DNA of 64,000 bases from Octopus sinensis (lineage: Eukaryota). A model generated the notes under the pieces. That model was not told where the DNA came from, did no database searches, and saw only the letters and a list, made by a program, of their open reading frames with translations. Position 1 is the stretch's first letter; each line of letters starts with the position of its first letter. Location of the stretch: positions 46,748,001-46,812,000 of the forward strand of contig NC_043015.1 in assembly GCF_006345805.1 (NCBI RefSeq), written 5' to 3'. A program made the translations under genes and the position numbers. Of the stretch, positions 52,490 to 63,404 are shown piece after piece.

Positions 52490-53895
52490 ACCACATTAAG
52501 AGCACCTGTGCCAGTGCTACATAAGAAGCACCTGTGTGGGTGCCATGTAAAAAACACCTGTGCTGGTGTCACATAAAAAGCACCTGTACTGGTGTCACAT
52601 AAAAAGCACCTGTGCTGGTGTCACATAAAAAGCACCAGTGATGATGCCATGTAAAAAGCACCTGTGCTGGTGTCACATAAAAAGCACCTGTGTTGGTGTC
52701 ACATAAAAAGCATCTGTACTGGTGTCACATAAAAAGCACCAGTGATGGTGCCATGTAAAAAGCACCAGTGCTGGTGTCACATAAAAAGCACCTGTGCTGG
52801 TGTCACATAAAAGTACCAGTGATGGTGCCATGTAAAAAGCACCTGTGCTGGTGTCACATAAAAAGCACCTGTGCTGGTGTCACATAAAAAGCACCTGTGC
52901 TGGTGTCACATAAAAAGCACCTGTGCTGGTGTCACATAAAAAGCACCTGTGCTGGTGTCACATAAAAAGCACCTGTGCTGGTGTCACATAAAAAGCACCT
53001 GTGCTGGTGTCACATAAAAAGCACCTGTGCTGGTGTCACATAAAAAGCACCTGTGCTGGTGTCACATAAAAAGCACCTGTGCTGGTGTCACATAAAAAGC
53101 ACCTGTACTGGTGTCACATAAAAAGCACCTGTGCTGGTGTCACATAAAAAGCACCTGTACTGGTGTCACATAAAAAGTACCAGTGATGGTGCCATGTACA
53201 AAGCACCTGTGATGGTGTCACATAAAAAGCACCAGTGATGGTGTCACATAAAAAGCACCAGTGATGGTGCCATGTAAAAAGCACCAGTGCTGGTGTCACG
53301 TAAAAAGCACCTGTACTGGTGTCACATAAAAAGCACCAGTGATGGTGTCACATAAAAAGCACCTGTACTGGTGTCACATAAAAAGCACCAGTGCTGGTGT
53401 CACATAAAAAGCACCTGTACTGGTGTCACATAAAAAGCACCTGTGCTGGTGTCACATAAAAAGCACCTGTGCTGGTGTAACATAAAAAGCACCAGTGATG
53501 ATGCCATGTAAAAAGCACCTGTGCTGGTGTCGCATAAAAAGCACCAGTGATGGTGTAACATAAAAAGCACCTGTGCTGGTGTAACATAAAAAGCACCTGT
53601 GCTGGTGTCGCATAAAAAGTACCAGTGATGGTACCATGTACAAAGCACCTGTGCTGGTGTCACATAAAAGGCACCTGTGCTGGTACTATGTAAAAAGCAC
53701 ACAGTATGCTCTGTAAAATTGATGGCGTTAGGAAAATCCAGTCATAGAAACCAAGCCAGAACACATGACAAGGACCTGGTTGTAGCCCTCCATCTTGCCA
53801 GCTCTAGCCAAACCGTCCAACCCATGCAAGCATGGGAAATGGACGTTAAATGATGGTAGTGGTGGTGGTTGTTGATGATGATGATGATGATGGTA
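52490..53895 (+). repeat. Family-D retroposon with 26-nt tandem array (about 45 units)
   Basis: Unit gcacctgtgctggtgtcacataaaaa with the variant gcaccagtgatggtgccatgtaaaaa. The array ends near 53700 and runs into the family-D tail and (GAT)n. Confidence 0.9.
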
Positions 53896-54896
53896 TTCAG
53901 GAAAAATAGTTTTTAGTGCATTAAAGCTTGTAATAACAGACCCAACTTTGCATATAGGACCCCTGAATGATATTCTGAGACCTTTTTTCCCCAGTTGGAA
54001 AACGGGTGTAATTTAAGCCATACTCAATATTTTGTTAATATGTGAATTTTTCTTGTATATTCAAAGTTTATTCTCATTTATTTGACCCAAAAAATAAAAG
54101 AAAAATTAGCTAATTATCTATTATATATTGAAAAATGGTTTCAATTTGAGGTATACTTGCCATCTCAATATGGCTAACCACTAAAGGTGGGTGTTACTGT
54201 AGCTTGTAGCCCCAGGAGAACATCGTCTCCAGCTGGCTTTAGGCACACTTTCTGTGCTCTTATGGTATTTGCAAAGGGAGGTCACCTTTCCCTCATCAAC
54301 CTAAGTGATACGCACGGACTGCAGTTTCTAGGTTTTGACCTGTCATCAGTGTACGACAATCACCAGTTTTCGATGAAAGGGGTCCCCAATGCAAATCCTT
54401 ATATCGTTTTTTTAAAGTTTTTAGAACAAGCTGTAAGTAAGCAGTCATTCCATTTTAGATTGTTTCATGTATTTTGGTGCCTGTTTTCCATCAAAAAAGT
54501 TTCTGGATAAAATATTTCACACTTCATAACTGGCATTCCTCAAATTCTAGAGTGAAAATTAAGGTATGAATGCAGATAATGACAATAAGCATCTGTTTGT
54601 TCCTTTGCAGGCTTTATGGAAAATATGACAAAGATAGAATCTCTTCATGTTTACCAATGAAGATTTCAACAATTAAAAGAAAGCACACACACACCCCAAA
54701 TAGCTGTATAAAGTTTAGTTTTCATAAAGAATTACTGTATCTTACAGACTAAGGAAAACATCTTGCTTTGGTTACTTTTTAGCCCTCTAGAATTATTATC
54801 AGATATTTCAACTATCTATGTAGTCTTCATAAAATTCTTGTTTGCAATTAATTTGACAATAATATGGAAGCAAAATATTTGATTTGCTAAGTGAAT

Positions 54897-55495
54897 GGAT
54901 CTTTTCCTTTTGAACGGCAGATGTCAACACAATTTCTAGTTAACTAAAAAGTTTTAAACTTCGTATACTGGTAGAATGTGTTTATAAAACATCATTTTCT
55001 CTTGGTTTTATTGAGAAAATTCTATAGTTTGTAAGATATTTCGTCTGAAAATCCAAGCATTTCGGCAATTTTAACCAATCGATTACCTCCATTCAACTAA
55101 AATCACTTGCTGCGTCTAAAACTGAGACAACATCCTGTAACTAACCCTAACCCCCCTAACCCTAACCCTAACTTTTTTTCTTAATTGTTAAATTAATTTA
55201 ATTCCATTGCTTTAGTTTTTTTTTACACGCGTAACAATTAAGAAAAAAAAATTTAGGGTTAGGGCTAGTTACAGGATGTTGTCTCAGTTTTAGACGCAGC
55301 AAATGATTTTAGCTCAAAAGAGGGCATAGGATTGGTTAAAATTCGAAAAATTAAACTACGTTAAACAAACAAATTATAATTTTCTCTAGAAAGCCAAGAG
55401 AAAAAATGTTTTATTTTGACACATTCTACCGGTATACGAAGTTTTAAAGTGTTTCGTTAACTAGAAATTGTCTGCTGTTCAACAGGAAAAGATCC
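54897..55495. mobile_element. Second copy of the GGATC-terminus MITE
   Basis: Same TIRs; TSD AAGTGAAT at 54889-54896 and 55496-55503; ccctaa/ttaggg repeats inside. Confidence 0.9.
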
Positions 55496-56026
55496 AAGTG
55501 AATTTCTATGATGAATTTAGTATGTCTCTAAAAAAATGTTTCTATTTTTTGAATCATTCATTCTTAATGTAATGACTTCTTGTCATGAGAGGTGTCAAGC
55601 CTATAAGAAGAATTCGCAAATTATAAGTAAGTATAATATTTTACGCTTTAAAAATGAATAGCTTTGTTTCACAAAACCAAGTGTGATCTCAGGTATTTTG
55701 GCACCAAAAAGGTTGATCAATAATTTGTCCCTTGCTTTTTAGAGATCATTATTGTTATTGATACCATTCTAAGCACCATTTTTATTAAATAACTTCTTAT
55801 CACATGGGAATATGTGCAGAAATTTTGATATGATACAGATTTTTGGAGAGATTTCAGAGTAATGTACTTCAGTTTGTTTTCCATGAACAGCCTTTCAACA
55901 GGATGGATGATGTGTTGTTAGAGATTATGAAGTGATGGGTGTTATTAATACATATCCTGTTGCTGTCTGCTTTGTTTTTCATTTGTTTGAGATCAAGAGG
56001 TATTTAACCAGTTATATTGTAGTATC

Positions 56027-56415
56027 GTGGAGGTGCAATGGCCCAGTGGTTAGGGCAGCGGACTTGCGGTCATAGGATCGCGGTTTTGATTCCCAGACCG
56101 GGCGTTGTGAGTGTTTATTGAGCGAAAACACCTAAAAGCTCCACGAGGCTCCAGCAGGGGATGGTGGTGATCCCTGCTGTACTCTTTCACCACAACTTTC
56201 TCTCACTCTTTCTTCCTGTTTCTGTTGTACCTGTATTTCAAGGGGCCGGCCTTGTCACTCTCTGTGTCACGCTGAATATCCCCGAGAACTGCGTTAAGGG
56301 TGCACGTGTCTGTGGAGTGCTCAGCCACTTACACGTTAATTTCACGAGCAGGCTGTTCCGTTGATTCGGATCAACCGGAACCCTCATCATCGTAACCGAC
56401 GGAGTGCTTCCATCC
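56027..56415 (+). mobile_element. SINE family C, full length with TSD
   Basis: tRNA head (TGGCCCAGTGG, B-box-like gattccc) and 11-bp TSD ATTGTAGTATC (56016-56026, 56416-56426). Other copies at 3966-4290, 5845-6049, 7430-7720, 8510-8718, 10156-10410, 32925-33130, 35990-36130 and 56783-57100. Confidence 0.85.
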
Positions 56416-57778
56416 ATTGTAGTATCACTACAATTAATTGTATTTTAAAACATTCACTTTGTGCTTAACCTGTTTGTTGCCATATTTCTGATAAAATATT
56501 CTTTGTTTCAATGAATTTTTAAAGAAAGATTTACCAAAATATCTTTGTCAATTACTAAGCTGGTGTTTAGAACATAAATTAACATAAAATTTTGATAAAA
56601 GGTTTTGACTTAGATCACTTTAAAACAGGAACTTTCTATTATAGAACCAGAGACAGTCTTAGGTTGGTTGGTTGGTATAAAAAGGGTTAAGGGTAAAATT
56701 AATATACAAAACTAGAGCTGAGAAAAAGAGTAATATTGGACAAAATGTTTTGTGTACAGAAGTAGATACATTGAGTATCTGACGCATGGCTCAGTGGTTA
56801 GAGCGTTGAACTTATGATCGTGAGGATGTGAGTTCGAATCCCGGACCGGACTGCATGTTGTGTTCTTGAGCAAGATACTTCATTTCACGTTGCTTCAGTT
56901 CACTCAGCTGTATAAATGAGCTGCGATGTCACTGGTGCCAAGCTGTATCAGCCATTGCCTTTCCCTTGGATAACACTGGTGGCATGGAGAGGGGAGGCCG
57001 GTATGCATGGGCGGCTGCTGGTCTTCCATAAACAACCTTGCCCAGACTTGTGCCTTGGAGAGTAACTTTCTAGGTGCAATCCCATGACCGAAGGGGGTCT
57101 CAGCTCAGAGTATCTGACACACAGGGGTTGAATCAAGCAACCAACTATTCTCTACCACTATAAATTTATGACTATGTGTTACTGCCAGAGATTGATATTA
57201 GCAGAACAGCAATAGAATTTGGTTAATTTGTTCAATGGTTGAAAGCTTTCATTAACGTTTCCATTAACCTGAAAAAAAAAAAAAAAGAAGTGTGTTAAAC
57301 ATGTTTTGTTTATTGTTATTGGATAGAGAGGTTTAAAGGTGTAGAATTCAGCTACTATTTCTAGTTGTTTGAGCAATCACATAGAGGCTTCCTAGTTAGC
57401 TTGAATAAAGTATCAATTGTTGAAAATGTGACCATAACTAAGTTTAGTTATGGTCACATTTTCAACAATTGATACTTTATTAAGCTAACTAGAAATAGTA
57501 GCTGAATTCTACACCTTTAAATAAAAAGACACCTGAAAACGGTCTCTGAAAAGAAACAAGAAATAGTCATGACTGAAATATCTTTTATTACGGCAGAACC
57601 GTTAGCACGCCGGGCGAAATGCGTAGCTGTTATGTTCTGAGTTCAAATTCCGCCGAGGTCGACTTTGCCTTTCATCCTTTCGGGATCGATAAATTAAGTA
57701 CCAGTTACGTACTGGGGTCGATGTAATCAACTTAGTTCGTTTGTCTGTCCTTGTTTGTCCCCTCTATGTTTAGCCCCT

Positions 57779-58168
57779 TACTCTTTTACTTGTTTCAGTC
57801 ATTTGGCTGTGGCCATGCTGGAGCACCGCCTTTAGTCGAGCAAATCGACCCCAGGACTTATTCTTTGTAAGCCCAGTACTTATTCTATCGGTCTCTTTTG
57901 CCGAACCGCTAAGTGACGGGGACGTAAACACACCAGCATCAGTTGTCAAGCAATGCTAGGGGGACAAACACACACACACACATATATATACATATACATA
58001 TATACGACAGGCTTCTTTCAGTTTCCGTCTACCAAATCCACTCACAAGGCATTGGTCGGCCCGGGGCTATAGCAGAAGACACTTGCCCAAGATGCCACGC
58101 AGTGGGATTGAACCCGGAACCGTGTGGTTGGTTAACAAGCTACTTACCACACAGCCACTCCTGCGCCT
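57779..58168 (-). mobile_element. SINE family A, full length, abutting a SINE-B copy (57591-57778)
   Basis: Colinear reverse-complement copy. Confidence 0.9.
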
Positions 58169-58225
58169 CAAAGAAACATATTACTGATCAACTGGGATTG
58201 GGACTGACATGGAGTTAAACAACTA

Positions 58226-58762
58226 TTAAAACCTTATTTGTAGGCAAATTTAAAACCTTATTTAAAACCTTATTAAAACCTTATTTGTAGGCAAATTTAA
58301 AACCTTATTAAAACCTTATTTGTAGGCAAATTTAAAACCTTATTTAAAACCTTATTAAAACCTTATTTGTAGGCAAATTTAAAACCTTATTTAAAACCTT
58401 ATTAAAACCTTATTTGTAGGCAAATTTAAAACCTTATTTAAAACCTTATTTGTAGGCAAATTTAAAACCTTATTTAAAACCTTATTAAAACCTTATTTGT
58501 AGGCAAATTTAAAACCTTATTTAAAACTTATTAAAACCTTATTGTAGGCAAATTTAAAACCTTATTTAAACCTATTAAAACCTTATTTGTAGGCAAATTT
58601 AAAACCTTATTTAAAACCTTATTTGTAGGCAAATTTAAAACCTTATTAAAACCTTATTTGTAGGCAAATTTAAAACCTTATTTAAAACCTTATTAAAACC
58701 TTATTTGTAGGCAAATTTAAAACCTTATTTAAAACCTTATTAAAACCTTATTTGTAGGCAGA
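58226..58762. repeat. AT-rich compound minisatellite (13 tgtaggca-containing units, 35-47 nt)
   Basis: Built from aaaaccttatt(t) subunits plus tgtaggcaaattt. Confidence 0.95.
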
Positions 58763-58829
58763 TTTCATTATTTCAATCATAATCTTTTAAAAAATGTTAA
58801 TGAAGTCAACGCAAATGAAATATTGGTTT

Positions 58830-59650
58830 AGATCATCATCATCATTGTCATCGTTTAACGTGGTTTCCATGTTGGCACAGGTTAGACAGTTCAACTGGAG
58901 CTGGTAAGCTGGAGAGCTACACCAGGTTACAGTATCTATTTTTGGCTGGATGCCCTTCCTAACACCAACCACTCAAAAGTTTTATCTCATAGCACACTAA
59001 TGAGGTCAGTAAGTAACTTGCAAGACAAGATCCCTTGACAGAGTTGGTTTGCAGTATTGAGGGAGATGGCTTTCTACCAGGTGTTGAGAGGCTAAAGTGT
59101 GAAAGAGGGACAGGAACGGGTGTCTTGCTGTAGAGGAGATATATGCAGAAAAGTGTCAGGGCATAATACCCTCAAAGCACCAGAAGGTAGATAGAGAGAG
59201 AGTAGGAGCTCAGGCCTGAAGATGGCTAGGTTGGTAGGTAGATTCATAAGAGTGTAAGATAGTAGAGATGAAGATAGAAGTGAAAGCAATGGATGGTGAA
59301 TATGGATGAAGGCACAGACAATGGTAAGTCTTAAGTTTGTAAGAAAGTAGGCATGGGTCACGAAGGAGGAGGCAATAAGTGGTAATTCATGAAAAAAAGA
59401 TAAAGTATAATAACGTTCCCCTCCTTAGATGAGAAATAGGGAGATGAGGTGAAGTGTGTATAAGGGGAGAGAGAAGGTGCACTGTAACACAGATAGGTCA
59501 GAGGTACCTAGGAGTGGATATAGTGAGTAACAGAAAGGAGTATCATTGGCAGATATGAGAGGGTGTCCAGGAGAAGGGCATTTGGTGGACATACAGTGGT
59601 ATGGGATAATGCTGTGTGTTCAAGGAAAAAAGTTCCAAGGAGAGGGATTA
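58830..59650 (-). mobile_element. Degraded retroelement: possible Penelope-like relic continuous with a family-D 3' tail
   Basis: Minus strand shows remnants PGTF, NDTP, SDLSV and a ctcatctaa ORF end like that at 20962. It runs into ...gcaagttactt...aggaagggcatccagcc...acgttaaacgatga, the family-D terminus. Confidence 0.4.
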
Positions 59651-59905
59651 ATGGTAGCACAAAAAGGTGGAAGGAATATGTGCAGATCTGCTGTCATATG
59701 ATTACAGTAACTAAGAAACAGTCCTGTAGATAGAAGGGCATGTGTAATGAAGGTGAGTTGTTGGGAAGCCTAAACAAGTAGAGATTCAGTGTTGAGACAA
59801 ACTAAAGGCAAAAATTTCAAACAATCTGTTACCATTTATAATTGCATCAGTTGGCTTCTGTAAAGTAATTTCTTTATTTCTTTTTTTGTTATTCCTATTT
59901 TTCAG

Positions 59906-60074
59906 CTGAGTGCAAAAACCATCAAGGATTTAAGAGAGATGTTTAGTTCTACTTGTGACATGTCGTCCGTTGAGTTTCGAGAAACTAAGTATTTTAAAAT
60001 ACGTGTTGATGAAAATATTGCAAGGTTTAAGCATGCTACTAAAGGTGGATTGGTGGTTGGGTTAGGTAACGAAT
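59906..60074 (+). CDS. Internal coding exon of an unidentified gene
   Basis: Acceptor tttttttgttattcctatttttcAG (59904-59905) and donor T|GTAAGT at 60075. Stop-free frame LSAKTIKDLREMFSSTCDMSSVEFRETKYFKIRVDENIARFKHATKGGLVVGLGNE in non-repetitive sequence. Partner exons were not identified. Confidence 0.6.
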
Positions 60075-61857
60075 GTAAGTTGATTTATAATTAATTTTTC
60101 TTAATGACAGTGTTAATATGGCTTTGAAAAACATTGGTTATTTTGTAGTGTAAAATATGTATGATCATTTAAGATGAACTGATTAGGTGATGTTTTATCA
60201 CATCTAAAATAAAATTTTGAAAAATCTTAATTAAAATATTTTTCATTATCTTGATCGTTACAATGCATACCACTTCCTCTTCTTTCCAGTAAGGGTCATG
60301 ATGCTCACTATATAGGACCTTGCAGGTAGGGTCCAGTTAGAATTTTCTTCGGGTTAAGTTACTCATCCCACTCAAAAAGTCCCTGAATAAGGGTTGTTTA
60401 AGGATGATGAATGAAACACCCATATTTCTAAGGGTGAGTTATTCAAACCTATTGAATATTTTCCATGGAATGCTGGAAACAAACAACCTCATTTGCATGT
60501 CAGTGATGTTCATTTATAACAATCATGTATGCATAGTCTAGACTCTCACAAGGGTTTGGTTGGCCTGGTGCTATTGCAGAAGATACTTGCCCAAGGTGCC
60601 ATCCAATGAGACTAAAATGAAGACCAAGCGTTGGGAAGCAAGTTTCTCAACCAACCTTATGGCCACGCCTGCACCTATATACACTTGCCTTTGGTGCTGC
60701 ACAGTGGAACTCTACACAAGTCAACATAGGGACATCTGTATCTCAATTGACAAAAAAATTATATGAGAAATTTCAGTGACAAAGGAGTGAGAAATTATGT
60801 TATGTTTGAAGCTCTGATAAAACTATGGGTTGCTGCTAAACAAGTATTCAACTACGAGTGTGAACTCTAGTGAGCTTCCTCTCCAATATTAAGTACATAC
60901 GAAACGTAGCAGGTGACAGCTAACCTTTGGGCACTGTTTTGAACCCCATTGTGTCTACCACTCCGATTGGTTGATATTGGCGCAATTTGTCTCTCACTCT
61001 ATCGCACGCCAATATGCAACCCAACCAATCACAATCTGCAAATAAGTCATGTGAGATAGTCGGTTCCAAACAAACATTTGAGCCTACTCGTCAGCTCACC
61101 TCTTCCTAGGCTCAACATCAGTTGGTTCCAGACTTTCTAAGTTCTAACCATTGACCACATTGCAGCGACCTCTATCTTTGTCGCCACCGCTAATGTCTCT
61201 CATCAATGTCGTCAACATCTACGCAGCACCAACACACTGCACTGGTTCCTGCATCGCTGTTCTTGAGCTTCTTACCAGGGTTAACAGCTTACATAGAACC
61301 TATGCAGATGCCTGTACATATATAAATGTACATCAACCACTTCCATTCAACGTGTGTCTACTGTTACCACCTGGTGTTTTATACATTCTCCCCGGGTTCC
61401 TGCCACTAGAACATCACAGCCTTCTGAATGGAGTCACATTAGATGGAACAACAACCTATAAAATCTAAACGTCTTATAATAGAAACAACTGTACGCTAAC
61501 AAAGTTCATGACAAAATTTCTTATTCCTTATTACTGCTCTGTACTCGACTAACACTTTGTTCTGAAGAATATGTGTACCCCAGGACTTATTCTTTGTAAG
61601 CCCAGTACTTATTCTATTGGTCTCTTTTGCTGAACCGCTAAGTGACGGGGACGTAAACACACCAGCATCGGTTGTCAAGCAATGCTAGGGGGACAAACAC
61701 TGAGTTAGTATTATTATGCCTAAGCAAAATAATAACAAGAGCACTCATGGCACAAACCTCTGTCAAGGCAACACTGTCTTCTCAATGATTAGCCTGAGAT
61801 GATTTTTCAGAATGAGAATATCTGAAAGAAACTCGACTTCTCTCACAGACAAGAATA

Positions 61858-62108
61858 CTAAAAATGAACCTGACTGCTCTCAAAAATTAAGCAGGAAAAA
61901 AAACAGATAAATATTCCAGAATCCTTGTCTGGTAACTGATTGATCCTAAAATCTAACCAGTTTGTGCCAGTCACAAGGCCAAACGTCCCTGAAAGTTTAA
62001 TCCGAATCCATCTGGCAGTTCTTGAGATATCTTTTCCTTGGACAAACAAACAAACAAACGAACACGACTAAAAGCAATACTTCTGCCTTCACTAAGGCAG
62101 AAGTAATA
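61858..62108 (+). mobile_element. Helentron/DINE-like non-autonomous element
   Basis: (CAAA)n tract followed by a terminal 12-bp hairpin tacttctgcctt-cact-aaggcagaagta. A related hairpin is at 20718-20745. Confidence 0.45.
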
Positions 62109-62127
62109 ATGATAATGAGGATAATAT

Positions 62128-62445
62128 ATATATATATATAATAAATATTAGGGAATAAATCCAAATTTACAGGGAAAAAATCAGATTTAGGATTAAATCC
62201 AATTTTATAGTAAAATATTATATAATATTATTAGAGACAAAACCACTATTTTGCAAAACAAACAAGGAAAGACTTAATCAATACATAAAATTTTAATAAA
62301 AAGTCAAAAAAACCGCCACTACAATTGTTTCTTGTCTTGATCGACAATCTTCAGGTGGACTTCCAATAAGTCAGTTTCAAATTATTTCCTTGTTTGTTTT
62401 GCAAAATAGTGGTTTTGTCTCTAATAATATTATATATATATAATA
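62128..62445 (-). mobile_element. Non-autonomous Penelope-like element (family E) with fold-back head and hammerhead
   Basis: (TA)n on both sides. About 62385-62440 is an inverted copy of about 62222-62271. The terminus attagggaataaatccaaa(a/t)ttacagggaaaa is shared with 24650-24700, 40240-40290 and 12415-12450. Confidence 0.6.
62316..62358 (-). ncRNA. Minimal type I hammerhead ribozyme
   Basis: Minus strand CCAC-CUGAAGA-UUGUC-gaucaa-GACAA-GAAA-CAAUUG-U-A-GUGG: complete core, 4-bp stem I, 5-bp stem II, palindromic stem III and a GUA cleavage triplet. Confidence 0.8.
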
Positions 62446-62469
62446 ATATTATATATATATATATATATA

Positions 62470-62871
62470 TACTCTCTTACTCTTTACTCTTTTACTTGTT
62501 TCAGTCATTTGACTGCGGCCATGCTGGAGCACTGCCTTTAGTCAAGCAAATCGACCCCGGGACTTATTCTTTGTAAGCCCAGTACTTATTCTATCGGTCT
62601 CTTTTGCCGAACTGCTAAGTGACGGGGACATAAACACACCAGCATCGGTTGTGAAGCAATGCTAGGGGGACAAACACAGACACACAAGCGCACACACATA
62701 CATATATACGACGGGCTTCTTTCAGTTTCCGTCTACCTAATCCACTCACAAGGATTTGGTCAGCTCGAGGCTATAGTAGAAGACACTTGCCCAAGGTGCC
62801 ACGCAGTGTGACTGAACCCGGAACCATGTGGTTGATAAACAAGCTACTTACCACACAGCCACTCCTGCGCC

Positions 62872-62872
<1 letters not shown>
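62470..62872 (-). mobile_element. SINE family A, full length
   Basis: Colinear reverse-complement copy lying between (TA)n tracts. Confidence 0.9.
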
Positions 62873-62909
<37 letters not shown>

Positions 62910-63362
62910 ATATCTTGTTTCAGTCATTAGACAGCCATGCATGGGCACGCCTTGAATTTTTGATGAAATGAATTTATCCCAGTACTTTTTTTAAACCTGG
63001 TGCTTATTCTATCAGTCTCTTTTGCCAAGCCACTAAGTTACAGGGATGCAAACACTAGCAGTTGCCAAGTGGTAGGGGTGAACTGTGGGGACAAACACAC
63101 AAAGGCACACAGATATATGTGTGTGTGTGTATAGAGTGTTAGAAGTGGCATAAAGATATTGTATGTTGAGAAAAAAGGATGCCAGAATTTTGGAAAAAAA
63201 TCTTTTTATTTATTCATTATTATTAGTGCTTTTGTTCATTTTTCCGATAAGTTCGGAAGACACAATCTTATTTGATACATTCAAAAAATGAACGCAAACG
63301 CTAAAAATAATGAATGAATAAAAAAATTTTTTCCCAAAATTCTGGCGACCTCCTTTTTTTCT

Positions 63363-63404
<42 letters not shown>

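Noticed and set aside
52490-53700. CRISPR array (short palindromic repeats); also considered for 18524-19385 and 50750-51180
   Set aside because: The repeats are contiguous with no unique spacers, lie inside a eukaryotic retroposon, and there are no cas genes.
54611-54752. Strong plus-strand acceptor ttgttcctttgcAG as an upstream exon of the 59906 gene
   Set aside because: No suitable donor, and stops occur early in two frames; the surrounding sequence looks transposon-like.
60770-60872. Short protein-like frame DKGVRNYVMFEALIKLWVAAKQ after tttcAG
   Set aside because: The phase is incompatible with the 60074 donor, and it is too short to distinguish from chance.
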